The notes: a model not told the origin generated them from the letters alone. A stretch of 33,674 nt of DNA from Proteromonas lacertae (GCA_002245135.1 NGBS01000062.1:1-33674); one strand, 5' to 3'; counted from the stretch's first letter, positions 9,120 to 20,322 are shown. Numbers and translations: made by a program.

Positions 9120-10295
9120 ATGCCAATCAATAACTTTAATTGGTGTAATCCAACTCGTATTTTATTTGGAAAGGGACAAATTGCTGAGCTGTCAAATTAT
9201 TTACCAACTGATAAGACATTTATCATAACTTATGGTGGAGGAAGTATCAAGAAGTTTGGAACTTATGATGCTGTGAAGAAAGCATTAGGATCTAGAAAGT
9301 ATGAAGATTTTGGCGGTATAGAAGCAAATCCAGACTTTGATACTTTAATGAAATGTGTGAATAGAATAAAGGAAATAGGACCTGATAATTGCTATATTCT
9401 TGCGGTTGGTGGAGGTTCAGTTTGTGATGGTTCAAAATTCATTGCAGCAGCTTCTTACTTTGAAGGTGATCCATGGGAAATCTTACTGAACGATGGTAAA
9501 AACGTCAAAAAAGCAGTACCAATAGCAGTTGTTCTCACTTTACCAGCAACAGGAAGTGAAAGTAATGTTGCTGCTGTTGTTTCAAGAAGGTCAATGAAAA
9601 GAAAACTAGGATTACACACTTCAATGGTATTTCCAGTAGTCAGTGTATTAGATCCAGAGTTAACCTACACTTTACCAATGAACCAATCCCAAAATGGTGT
9701 AGTAGATGCTTTTGTTCATGTTTGTGAACAATATGTTACATTCCCAGCTGATGCTGATTGTCAAGATAGATATAGTGAAGGATTGATGAAAGTATTAGTT
9801 AAAAATGGAACAGAATTAATGAAAAATCCTAAAGATTATACAGTAAGAGCTAATATAATGTGGGCAGCAAATCAAGCTCTAAATGGATTAATAGCTCAAG
9901 GTGTTGTTACTGATTGGAGTACCCATAAATTAGGACATGAATTAACAGCGCAATTAGGATTAGATCATGCAGTGACATTAGCCATTGTTCAGCCTGTTAT
10001 TTATAGATTAAAAATTCAACAGAAGAAAGAGAAATTAGCGATGTTAGGTGATAGTGTGTTTGGTATTAAAAATAGTGATAAATTAAAAGCTGCTGAAGAA
10101 ACTATAAAAGCAATTGAACATTTTTATCATGATGTTATGAAATTACCAATTAAGATAAGTGAATGTAAGTGTAGTCAAGATAAAGCATGGATAAAAGAAG
10201 TATGTGATAGATTTAGAAAAGATGGAGCTGCATTTGGTGAACATAAAGATATTACTGGTGATGTAGCTGAAGATATATATAATAGTTGTTATTAA
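9120..10295 (+). CDS. yqhD: Iron-containing (group III) NADPH-dependent alcohol/aldehyde dehydrogenase, YqhD/BdhA-like
   Basis: NPTRILFGKG, ITYGGGSIKK, AVGGGSVCDGSK, LTLPATGSESN, and metal ligands in DAFVH, THKLGHELTA and LDHA. Intronless. Confidence 0.93.
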   Translation: MPINNFNWCNPTRILFGKGQIAELSNYLPTDKTFIITYGGGSIKKFGTYDAVKKALGSRKYEDFGGIEANPDFDTLMKCVNRIKEIGPDNCYILAVGGGSVCDGSKFIAAASYFEGDPWEILLNDGKNVKKAVPIAVVLTLPATGSESNVAAVVSRRSMKRKLGLHTSMVFPVVSVLDPELTYTLPMNQSQNGVVDAFVHVCEQYVTFPADADCQDRYSEGLMKVLVKNGTELMKNPKDYTVRANIMWAANQALNGLIAQGVVTDWSTHKLGHELTAQLGLDHAVTLAIVQPVIYRLKIQQKKEKLAMLGDSVFGIKNSDKLKAAEETIKAIEHFYHDVMKLPIKISECKCSQDKAWIKEVCDRFRKDGAAFGEHKDITGDVAEDIYNSCY

Positions 10296-10386
10296 AGTGG
10301 AATATAATTGATTTTTTGATTTGAAAACTGTTATTTTTGAAAAATAATCAAAATTGACATTTACTGTGAAATACTGTAGTAAAACA

Positions 10387-10907
10387 ATGACAAGATATAA
10401 TGGGATGGTTAAATGTTATAAAGGGAAGAAGGTATTATTTATTTAATCAATTTTTTATAGCATTTTGGCTTTATAGTATGTCCTTCATGGAGTGAAGGTG
10501 AATTGTTTTTTTCACCTGGTAATATGAATATGTTTCTACCTGGAGAAGAGAGAATGAGAATCACTAAACCAGGTACAATCGTAAATTTCGATATTATTCA
10601 CAAAAGAAGAGGATATCAAGCAAATGACATAAAATTAGGTAGTTATGATGGTGCAGCTAGTTCATATATCCCCCCACTATCAACCTTTCGCTCTCCACGT
10701 ATTTTTAACCCAATACCTATATCAAAGTTTGAAACTGAAGGATATATCCCTGGAATTGAGTCAGTAAACTGTACAATATGTTTAGAAGTGTTGGATTATG
10801 GAGAATCTGTTACAAGATTGCCATGTACTCATGTATTTCATCATGATTGTTTAGCAAAATGGTTGGAAGATAAACAAACTTGTCCAAATTGTAGAGTTTC
10901 ATTATAA
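10387..10907 (+). CDS. Cold-shock domain + RING-H2 finger protein, copy 1
   Basis: Exon 10387-10431, intron 10432-10460. MTRYNGMVKCYKGKKHFGFI...ELFFSP...PGTIVNFDI..KRRGYQANDI fits a CSD, followed by CTIC...LPCTHVFHHDC...W...CPNCR. Confidence 0.85.
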
Positions 10908-11070
10908 ACTCATTGAGTAATCTATTCTTTTTGTAATGTAATATGTTTAATACTATGTTTCTTTATATATATATTATTATTATTATATAATTGTTTATTT
11001 TTGTATTATTTTCTAAAAATTATATCGTTTTAAAAAAAATGTCATTCACTGTGATTTATTATTTATAATA

Positions 11071-11605
11071 ATGACTAGGTATAATGGAGTTGTAAAATTC
11101 TATAAAGATAATGATGTATTATTAATTCTATTAACTAATATAGGAATATGGATTTATTATCTGTCCAGCATTTTATTCACCTCGTGATTTGTATTTTTCA
11201 CCTCGTAATATAAATGCATTACAATCTGATATGGATAAATTAAGAATAACAATACGTGGAACAATAGTTAACTTCGAAATTGTACTAAGAAGAAGAGGAT
11301 ATCAAGCATATGACATAAAACTAGGAAGATGTGCGAGTGACGCTACCATACATAGTAATCCATTTTCATTTCTCGAATTAGCTTGTGGTTTTAGCTCTCT
11401 AAGAATTTCACAACCACTAAATACAGAAATCTATGTTCCTGAAGGATATGAAGCTATCAATTGTTCTATTTGTTTAGAAGTACTAGATTGTGGAGAAAGA
11501 GTTACTACATTGCCTTGTAAACACAAGTTTCACGAAAATTGTTTATCCCAGTGGTTAAAAGATAGCCACACTTGTCCAAATTGTAGACAAGGCATATCAG
11601 TATAA
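11071..11605 (+). CDS. Cold-shock domain + RING-H2 finger protein, copy 2
   Basis: Exon 11071-11115, intron 11116-11143 at the same codon as copy 1. MTRYNGVVKFYKDNDEYGFI...DLYFSP...RGTIVNFEI..RRRGYQAYDI, followed by CSIC...LPCKHKFHENC...CPNCR. Confidence 0.85.
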
Positions 11606-12122
11606 TCATATCGGTTAATTCTCTTCAACGTAAAACAATTTTCTTATTATAATATAATTTGTTTGATTTTTAATTACTGTGTACAATAACTACATTACTT
11701 CATAACAAAATAATGGAATAGTACCTTATATAACTATAGTATGACGAAATAAAACTAAATGTAAAAGAGATGTAAAATTGACATTAAATTACATTGTAAA
11801 CCGCAAATTTTAAAATGATGTATTATTGTTTTGCATCTTGATTTACTCTTAATCTGAATGATGAAATGCAATTATTATTGGTATATATTTATTAATATAT
11901 GTTTTTCTTATTCTATCCAAACTTATTTCCGTCCGAACCACCCCATGTTCAAGACGAGCCTCGGTTTTGTATAGAGAACTATTGATTTTTGATAAAACTG
12001 TTCTTCGTTTTACTGTCGAATTATAAATTTATCGAGATTTCACATTTTTATTGTTTTATAGATTAATTAAAAAGAAAAAAATGGTTAAAAAATTGATGTA
12101 GAGTAATGTATGGTTAATTTAC

Positions 12123-13481
12123 TTATGGAAGCTGTTCATTGTCACTGATTGAAGGTGCAGCTGGGATATTTTCATCATTATTTTCATTGTTATCATTATT
12201 GTTATTATTATTTTCACTCTGTGTTTGGGGTATTTGAGGAGTTTCAATCTCTTCAATTAACGGTGGTGGTAATGATGGAATATCATTCTGTTGGCTTTGA
12301 GATGTTAATTCTTCCTCCTGTTGTTGTGTTGATCTATGAATAATAGTTGCCATTGGTTCCATAAGTGGAGGAGGTGGTGGTGGTGTTATATTGGTTAATA
12401 ACTCAATCACTTCATTTTCATTCTCAACATCACTGTTATTGGCATTATTATTCTCACTTTGTTGATTTTCATTAGTATTACTACTTGTTTCACTTTCTTG
12501 ATTACTTTGTTCCTGTTGATTATCATTATCGTTATTTCCTTGTGTTTGTTGTTGTTGTTGTTGTTGAGCTTGTCTATTCTGCCTAGATTGTGGATCATTA
12601 TCAGGTAAATTCCCATTCAACAAATCATCCACTGTAATCACATTACCAGTTTCTCTTGATATCTCATGTGCTCTTCTACACATATTCACCCACTCTCTAA
12701 ATCTAATAATATTATTATTATGTTCTTCTCGCTGTTTATTCTGATATTGTTCTCTTGTTGATTTTTCTAATTCAACTCCACCTGTTGCAAATGCTTCAGC
12801 GCAGGATCTATCTATTTCATATACTGGACGATCATCTAAATAACTCAATTTTGGTAATGCTACAATCAATCTTCTACGATAATTTTCTATTGATCTTACT
12901 GCTTTATTTCCTTGTAGTTTTAAGGTTCCCAAGTTTTTTAATTCTTTAATTAGTTCTATAAAGTTTGGATCATCGATTTTGTTATGACTGATATCCAAAC
13001 ATTTGATGGATGGACATTCTTGTAGTTCAATTATTGAATCTACATCGTGTAAGTTGTTGTGGTCTAATGTTAATGTTTCTAAATGAGTTAATTCTTTGAT
13101 TCCTTCTATTTTGGATATTGCATTGTGTGATAAATCTAATGTTATTAGATTTGTTAGTTTACTGAGATTTTCAATTTTTGATATACAATTCTTTGATAAT
13201 ATTAAACATCTTAGTTTTGTCATATGATCTAAATTCTCAATTTTAGTAAGTGAATTTGAATCTAGGTAAATACAAACACAATTGATGTATTCTTCAAGTG
13301 CTTCTATTGTAGTAAATCCATGAAAATGTAAATATAAATTGTCATTCAAAGATGGTGTTTCATAACCTCCATTTTGTAAGCAAGAAATCAATATAGCTTC
13401 TTTGGACATCCTTGTTGAGCTTGAGGCAGCATCTTGCAAACGGGAAATATATCTATCTCTTAAAAATGAGTAAGCATCCAT
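12123..13481 (-). CDS. DNAAF1: Dynein axonemal assembly factor 1 (LRRC50/ODA7)-like LRR protein
   Basis: RMSKEAI...YETPSLNDNLYLHFHGFTTIEALEEY, SDS22-type LRRs, LRRcap YRRRLIVALPKLSYLDDRPV and CAEAFATGGVELEK, then a low-complexity Q/N/E tail. Confidence 0.85.
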   Translation of the reverse strand: MDAYSFLRDRYISRLQDAASSSTRMSKEAILISCLQNGGYETPSLNDNLYLHFHGFTTIEALEEYINCVCIYLDSNSLTKIENLDHMTKLRCLILSKNCISKIENLSKLTNLITLDLSHNAISKIEGIKELTHLETLTLDHNNLHDVDSIIELQECPSIKCLDISHNKIDDPNFIELIKELKNLGTLKLQGNKAVRSIENYRRRLIVALPKLSYLDDRPVYEIDRSCAEAFATGGVELEKSTREQYQNKQREEHNNNIIRFREWVNMCRRAHEISRETGNVITVDDLLNGNLPDNDPQSRQNRQAQQQQQQQTQGNNDNDNQQEQSNQESETSSNTNENQQSENNNANNSDVENENEVIELLTNITPPPPPPLMEPMATIIHRSTQQQEEELTSQSQQNDIPSLPPPLIEEIETPQIPQTQSENNNNNNDNNENNDENIPAAPSISDNEQLP

Positions 13482-13621
13482 CAATCAACAGAAAAAAATA
13501 AAAAAACAGTTCAAAAACGAAAATTTGAATTAATACAGAAATACATTAATAAATATGTTGTATTAAGTGTATTTTTATATTTTTTTGATTTACTTACGTT
13601 GTAATTATTCATATCAATAGA

Positions 13622-14916
13622 ATGTTATTAAAATCATCAAATCTAACAGTCTTTATATCAATTATAGGTAAAAATCTTTTATTTTAATGGCTGATAGGGT
13701 TAATACTCTGTTCTGGAAGTTGTCCGCTAGGTTTTATACCTACTGATGAAAGTGCATGTGAAGAAATAAATGACATATATTTGGATGTATAATATTGTTG
13801 TTTAATAAATTAGATCAAATTCACCACAACTCAAACAGTTTCACAATCTAATATTGAAACTTTAAAGTATATTAATCTTAAATAAGCTAAATAAATAGAA
13901 TTGAACTAGCCACAGCATATAGTGTTGATAAAAGTCGATTTAATGTAAATAGAACATATTCAGATAATTATGCAACAATAGAAATAATTCATTCCAGTCC
14001 AGATTCAACAGATACAGCCTATTCAATCTATCAAAAATTCATGGTTGATTATAAAGATCCACAATCCAAATTAAGACAACAAACCATCTTTAAAAACATC
14101 GATCCAACCTTCACTCCCAAAGTAATAACAATATCTGAAATAGATGAGTATTTATTATATCCAAGCACATTTGTATTTCATTATAATGCTGAGAAAAGCA
14201 TTACACAACATGAGTTTATATTAGCTTCGCCTGGTTATGGTAATAAATCATTTGAAATATATAAAATGGATATTGATCGAAGTAAACTATGGTTGACTAT
14301 TACACCTATTCAAGGAATAATCAAACCTGGTCAAGCTTTACAAATTGATGTTATTGTAGATTTTAAGAAGTTGGAAAATAACTTAGATTATACGACAATA
14401 AAGATATATCATAATGGTTATAAACAAACGAATACTATTTCAATAATGGCATTTAAGGGGGAATTAGAGTATAAAACTGATATAAAAGAAGGACAAGGAT
14501 TTTGGGAGAGATTATGGGCTTATCGATTAGAAGATGATGCTGTTTCCACTTCTATTTCTGCTTTAGTAATGATATTGGTGTTAGAAGTGTTTATTTTTAT
14601 ATTTTATTACTGTTGTTGTAGTGTATATATTATGTTATTATATTATTTTTATTAATAGTTACATCCTTATAATAAATATGAATATACAGGTTATGAAACT
14701 GATGAAGTGGCTGGTGTAACAATGGATGATTATAAACACAAGATTGATATGAGACAAGTTATTAATAGAAAGACTAGTACTTTAACACCAGAATCTACAC
14801 AAAAACCTACTTCAATAGATGATAAAATTGAAACAACAAATCCAAATTTCTATCAATCCATAAATCCTGATGTTAAAATGAGAGAAACAACTATTTCTCA
14901 TTCAAAATCACAATAA
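13622..14916 (+). CDS. Type I membrane protein (signal peptide, Ig/BACON-like beta-sandwich segment, TM helix followed by CCC)
   Basis: Four short introns join ATG 13622 to ORFs 14041.. and 14707... Contains CPLGFIPTDESAC, WLTITPIQGIIKPGQALQIDV and TM ISALVMILVLEVFIFIFYY. Confidence 0.65.
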
Positions 14917-15001
14917 TTAAATTAATATATTGAATATTTTATTAATTATTTTGTTTTTCTCAAATATCAAAGAAAATAACATAAATTTATATTTATAAGA
15001 T

Positions 15002-15542
15002 AATTTAGTGAATATACTCTTTATACGTTTGTAACTTTAGTTTTAGAAGCTTCAAATCTACCTACAATTTCTGCATTCTTCTTATCCATTGCAGCTTGTG
15101 TTTTGTGAACAACAATTCCTCCTTTATCATTCACTATCAATGGTCTTGCCCAAGCATCAACAGCCTTTGGTTTTTGTTCTTTGAAATTCTTTATACATTC
15201 AACCCAGCCTCTAGCTACTTCTTCACCATTCTCTACTTCATCAGGTACTTTCAAATGAACTTTCTTCTCTTCATCACCTGGAGTAAATGTTTTGATAGAT
15301 GAATCTCTCACTTTCAATACTATTGTAAAATCTTTATTTCCACTTTCATATTCTATTCCATTATAACATTCTAATGGAATATTCTGTTTCTCACCTAAAT
15401 ATACTTTACCATAATAACTAGGAACCATTGAATCATACACTCTGATTGAAGCTGGTTCAAAATATATTACAAAATATCTTCTTTGCCATTTACCAACTAC
15501 ACGATCTTTACCTTCTTTCATCAAGTATCCTTCTTTGATTAA
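15002..15542. repeat. Inverted duplication block A, left copy (partner 31044-31583)
   Basis: The reverse complement is near-identical to the PH-coding end of the 28528-31564 gene, including ~20 nt past the stop codon. Confidence 0.95.
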
Positions 15543-15545
15543 CAT
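15021..15545 (-). CDS. Stand-alone PH-domain protein (copy of the cytoplasmic domain of the 28528-31564 receptor)
   Basis: MLIKEGYLMKEGKDRVVGKWQRRYFVI...VARGWVECI is a PH signature. ATG at 15545 sits at the domain start. Expression is unknown. Confidence 0.65.
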   Translation of the reverse strand: MLIKEGYLMKEGKDRVVGKWQRRYFVIYFEPASIRVYDSMVPSYYGKVYLGEKQNIPLECYNGIEYESGNKDFTIVLKVRDSSIKTFTPGDEEKKVHLKVPDEVENGEEVARGWVECIKNFKEQKPKAVDAWARPLIVNDKGGIVVHKTQAAMDKKNAEIVGRFEASKTKVTNV

Positions 15546-16048
15546 CAATCAAGAAAATTTAACTGAATCAATCTCAATTTAATTACTCAGTTAAATAACA
15601 TAAAATGTGAAAGTATATAACAACCAAAATCAATTTTATATATTAAGATCTCTTATTTCTTTCTATTTCACTAAAAAAAATTGAATTTAAAAAATACACA
15701 AATCATTGGTTATATGTTCGCTTGATTTGATTGGTTATTTCATTAAAATAAGTATTGCTCATATCTCGGTTATTATTTAGGATAGAGTATTTTTTCATAT
15801 TAGTTCTAATTAATTAGATAAATGGATGGTTTGTTAACCAAATTTTTTAGAAGAAGTGGTGATAATGTAGATGATTTTAACACCATATTCCCATTAAGTT
15901 AGAATTAATAGCAAAAAATAACCAATACTATGGTCAAATATAATAGTTCATTATTGCATTAGATTAGTTGTTATACTAAACATAATTTATTATTGTATTT
16001 AATAATTTTAAAGAAACACCTTAATAATAACAAAAATGACATTATTAA

Positions 16049-16580
16049 TTATACATCAACAGAATCTTTAGGATTGGAAGGCAAAAGAATCACCAGGAAT
16101 TGGACCATTGTTATTTCTAGAACTATTCAATTAAATATATGTAAATATAAATAAATATATATAATACTGTGAATCAAACCATTCTTTAGTTTCACGATTA
16201 AAACCATCAATTCCTGGTTTAACTATTTCATTAGCAAATTCTTGAAATTGGTTTAACATACTCAGAGATATCAGGAACTTCCACAGAATATGAATAAGTG
16301 TTACTCTTTGGAACTTCTATTCTTTTATCTTCATATACAACTACCTACATATATGTTAATTACAGTGATATTATTTATACATCTTTTCTACCAAAACATA
16401 ATCGATATATCTTCTCAATTGTTTCACATTTCTCTTTACCATTTATCATATTACACTATTAAATATTATATTATCACTTCAGAAAAAAAAGAAGAATACA
16501 GTTCGACTTATTTTTGTAGTATAATCGCATTTTGGATGCAATCTCTTATCTTCTTTTAATATATTTTCTTTATCACTCAT
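16049..16580 (-). CDS. Small Cys-rich protein, left copy (resembles the Mal d 1-associated-protein-like family); 1-nt indels present
   Basis: Spliced MSDKENILKEDKRLHPKCDYTTKISRT/CNMINGKEKCETIEKIYRLCFGRKD/VVVYEDK. Has an extra base near 16260 relative to the right copy; probable end PSNPKDSVDV. Could be a pseudogene. Confidence 0.55.
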
Positions 16581-18545
16581 TTAGATTTCTATTTAACCTC
16601 AAAAATTAAAAATAATAAATATGTCAAAATGACACAAATTCATGTAAATTACCATCAAGATTTTAAAATTTCTGTATTTACAGTATGACAACTGCAATAA
16701 TTGGAATTGACAGTGGTTCGAAATACACAAAAGTAGCTCTTTTAGAAGGAAAAGAGAATAGTTATAAAAGTCAAACAGTTGAATTTGAAAGTGGAAGTAA
16801 AAGTTTTGAGTATATAAGGAATAATAATATAATGTATGTAGAAATATTTTTAGTTTGAAGAATGGTAGTGAGCGTTTATTTAGTAGTTTAGCTAAAAATC
16901 TCGTATTTCTGTTGTATCTATATAAATGTCTAGCAACCTCGTAATATTCAAAACTCATTAGGCTATATATTGGATTTATTTAGTGAAAAATATGATATAG
17001 AGAAGTTAAAATTTCACAATCCTTTTAATATAGTAGAAAGTGAAGATAATCATATATGTTTGAAATTGAAATATGAAAATGAAGATGGAAATGAAGAAGA
17101 ACGAATAATCAGTGTAGAAGAGTTATATTTTATGTTTATTGATAAAACAATGAATTATATAAATGAAAATCGAAAATGTTTGAAAGAGCTTGATTCAATA
17201 ATAATGAGTGTATATATATATATATATTGTATTTAATATAATATAAATAGATTCCCAGCTATTTAAACATGGAAAGTAAAGAAATGATAAAAGAAATGTT
17301 GAAAAAGATAAATGAGAAAGATGGATGTAAAAATATCGAAATAATCAATGATTATTTAGGTTATGTGACATTATTTGGAATTGAAAATAATGATGAAATA
17401 AAACGAAACAAATAAAAATCGTCGTATATTATTTGTGAATATGGGAGATGTAAGTTTAAATGTTTGTAGTTGTGAATATGATAAAGACAAATGTAAAATC
17501 CTGAGTTATAAATACGAAAAGAATATTGGAGGTCGAATAATAGATGAATATTTAATGGAAGATATAAAAGGTATGATAATAGAAGAAGGAAATGAGATTG
17601 AAAGTAATAATGAGAAAAAAGTATATTATCGAATAATGGATAATGTAATAAAGATGAAAGAGAAACTAAGTGCTCAAGGAGCTGATACAATCAATATTCA
17701 TATTGATCAAATCTTAGAAGATGATGAAGATTATGATGGTGAATATAGTATTGATAAACTAAATGAAGTAATACAAAAACATGATATATGGAATAAGATA
17801 AAATCATTATTAGATGAATGTTTAAACGAAAGTTGTTGGAATGAAGAAGAGTTGAAAGATTTAGAGATTTGTACAATAGGTGGTTCAATGAGAATAACCA
17901 AATTAAAAGATGAATTATTGAATTATTTAAAAGAGAAGAGTAATGAGAATAATAAAAATTTGACATTAACATTGAATATGGATGATTGTATAAGTCAAGG
18001 TAATAGTTATTATGGTTTAATCGAAAGTGGTAAATATTTATATACAATCGAAGATGAAAGTAAATATAAACGATGTGAAGAAGCAAATGAAGTGAAAATG
18101 AATATTGACGAATACTGGAAAGATATCGAAAGATATAAGAAGAGAGATAGAATGGAGATAAAGAAAGCAAGTAAAAGAAATGAAATAGAAAGGAATAAGT
18201 ATAATATATAATAATCAGTGAAATAATAAATCTTATATATGAATAGATATGAGAGTGATCATTTATTATCTGATAATAAGATCGATGAGAATTATTCAAG
18301 TTATATAAACTTAATTCGAGATTATTTTGAAAAGATTTACAATTTTATAAAAGATCGAAATGTGATTAAAGAGAAATATGAGAATTTAGATTTAATATAT
18401 GAAGATGAAAGTAATCATATTGGAATAGTAAAAGTATATATTTCTATATATATATTATAACGATGATTATGTTAGACATTAATCCAATTTACTAATCAAC
18501 CATCAACAAAGAATCTTCAGACGATATGTGAGATATTAAAAGTTG
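16052..18545. repeat. Inverted duplication block B, left copy (partner ~25650-28144)
   Basis: Shadow ORFs 16599..16958(-) and 27220..27579(+) translate identically. The core is near-identical with patchy divergence toward both edges. Confidence 0.95.
16581..16684. promoter_or_regulatory. 104-bp head-to-head intergenic region (putative bidirectional promoter), duplicated at 27494-27597
   Basis: Lies between the divergent ATGs at 16580(-) and 16685(+) and appears identical in both arms. Confidence 0.5.
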
Positions 18546-19188
18546 ATGAAAATAAAATTAGAGAAATATTTAGAAAAGTATTTTGTGAAGTAGAGGATTA
18601 TAAAAATATAAATGAACATGAAGTATAATATAAATGTATGTAATATAAATGAAAATAGATTATAGAAAAAATAAAAAATTTAATAAAAGATGGAGTTGAT
18701 CTAGAACCAAAATACATTAGCCATGAAGAATTGATGAAAGCATCAAAAGATAGTGTAGAAAAAATTGTACCAATACTTACTAATTATATAGATTTAAAAT
18801 ATGTTGAAGATTATTTAAGAGAGAAAAAGGACAATAATAATATAATATTAGTAGAGAATAATGACTTTAATGATTTCTTTAATAATCTAATCCATTCAAC
18901 TGCAGTTGAGAATTGTATTAAAGATTATGTAATTTCTTCATGCTTTTTAAAGAAATTAAAACCAAAATTATCGCAACTCAATAAAATAGAAGATAAAATT
19001 GAATTCTATAAGTATATAAACTACTTTTCAATGTATTTTATAGTAATTTTACAAATGAATCTGTTACTGATGTAACTCTTGATGAATATGAAGTACCAGT
19101 GGAATATAAAACTACAATATTAGATAGATATATGAATATTCTCAAAGAAGAGCATAAAAACAAGCCAAATGAGAGTAATTTTTTATGA
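16685..19188 (+). CDS. Divergent Hsp70-superfamily (Hsp110/Sse-like) protein, left copy; frameshift near 17407
   Basis: MTTAIIGIDSGSKYTKVA, IPSYL, ILFVNMGD, NIGGRIIDEYL, KMKEKLSAQG, IGGSMRI, LTLTLNMDDCISQG. Introns include 16810-16841, 16903-16933, 17210-17250 and 18199-18246. An alternative intron 19175-19222 would extend it to 19296 with a hydrophobic tail. Confidence 0.8.
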
Positions 19189-19368
19189 CAATTTTAAATT
19201 ATATAAAAAACTATATATATAGTTGGTTTCATTGGTCATAGTAATGTTAAAGTTATAGTTATTCTCTTATATATTATTGATTTTGTGTTTAAATAAAAAA
19301 TGGTGTAAATTTTATTTGACACGTCATAAATACACAAAATTACATTCAGTTTTTAATATGACAAAGTA

Positions 19369-20322
19369 ATGGCTAATTTCTTCTTTTTGAGAGGTAGATC
19401 ACGTATTCTTGATCGAACATGTATATTTATACAAAAGTTATAGTTTAGGGTACATTTTTTTACTTTTGGCAATTGAAATGTTATGTCAAGGTGGTGTATG
19501 TCTTGTGGTTTTGTATAAGTTGCTCAATTGTTTATTGTAGATATTATAAACCATTTCGATATCATATACAAGATTTCAGTGTGATGTGGTTACTACCAGT
19601 CATATATGTTGTGGTTTCAATAATATACTTCATTTTTTACATGTGTAAATGTATAACATATTTTTTTGTTTACTAATTTCTACAATAGTTGAAAATAACC
19701 AACAACCTCCAACAGGTCATTCATTTATAAAACAAGTGTTTTGGATAGTTCCCATAACACTAATGTGTAGTGTGTTTACAACAGGATATTATGAAACGAA
19801 AGTCCCATTCACATATTTCTTAACAATGGGAGCTAGTTACCTTGGCTTTGTGTTACTGTTTCTAATAGATTGTTGTTGTTGTTGTTTTCAGTGTGTATCA
19901 CTAACAAATAATGTGATTCACAATTTCACTATGACATATAACGGAATATTGGTATTACTAGCTGTAGCTGTTGATTATTATCCTCCTGATTTTATATTCA
20001 TCATTGCAATACTGATTCCAGTAATGGCAACCTATTATTTCAAGTTTTATGAGAATATCGATTATTATCAAGTTGATTATGTGATAAACATGCAGTATAT
20101 ATTTTTTATATATATTTTATTAATAGTTATTCATACATATATTTAGCTCCAATATTAGGTTTGTTCATTCTGGCAATTATTGGTTTAGCTATTATTGCAT
20201 CTGTGTTGATACTGTTGTCAATGTGTGTATGTTGTCCATGTTGGATATATTATTTTTATTATCATCGTTACATATGTGGAGGAAGAGATTCTCCTAGATA
20301 TGTTATGAGGAATTTGCAATAA
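19369..20322 (+). CDS. Multi-pass membrane protein, possibly a divergent Bax inhibitor-1/LFG family member
   Basis: Four short introns give one frame with ~7 hydrophobic segments. RSRILDRTWYIFLLLAIEML, YYETKVPFTYFLTMG and DYVINM loosely follow the BI-1 pattern; the family call is tentative. Confidence 0.55.

Noticed and set aside
9120..10295. Bacterial contamination or chimeric contig
   Set aside because: Tightly flanked by intron-containing eukaryotic genes with similar AT bias and no operon context.
11920..12020. U3/U1 snRNA or a selenoprotein (SS-UGA-TW) reading
   Set aside because: The required boxes, the 5' ACUUACCU and a SECIS element are not convincingly present.
16290..18299. Tyr/Ile/His-rich ORFs (16290.., 16599.., 17361.., 17691..) and mirrored ones at 25896-27579
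   Set aside because: Antisense shadows of the real genes; their identity across arms simply reflects the DNA duplication.
19223..19251. IGFIGHSNVK as a P-loop GTPase G1 motif
   Set aside because: Lacks the GK[ST] signature and no GTPase domain follows.
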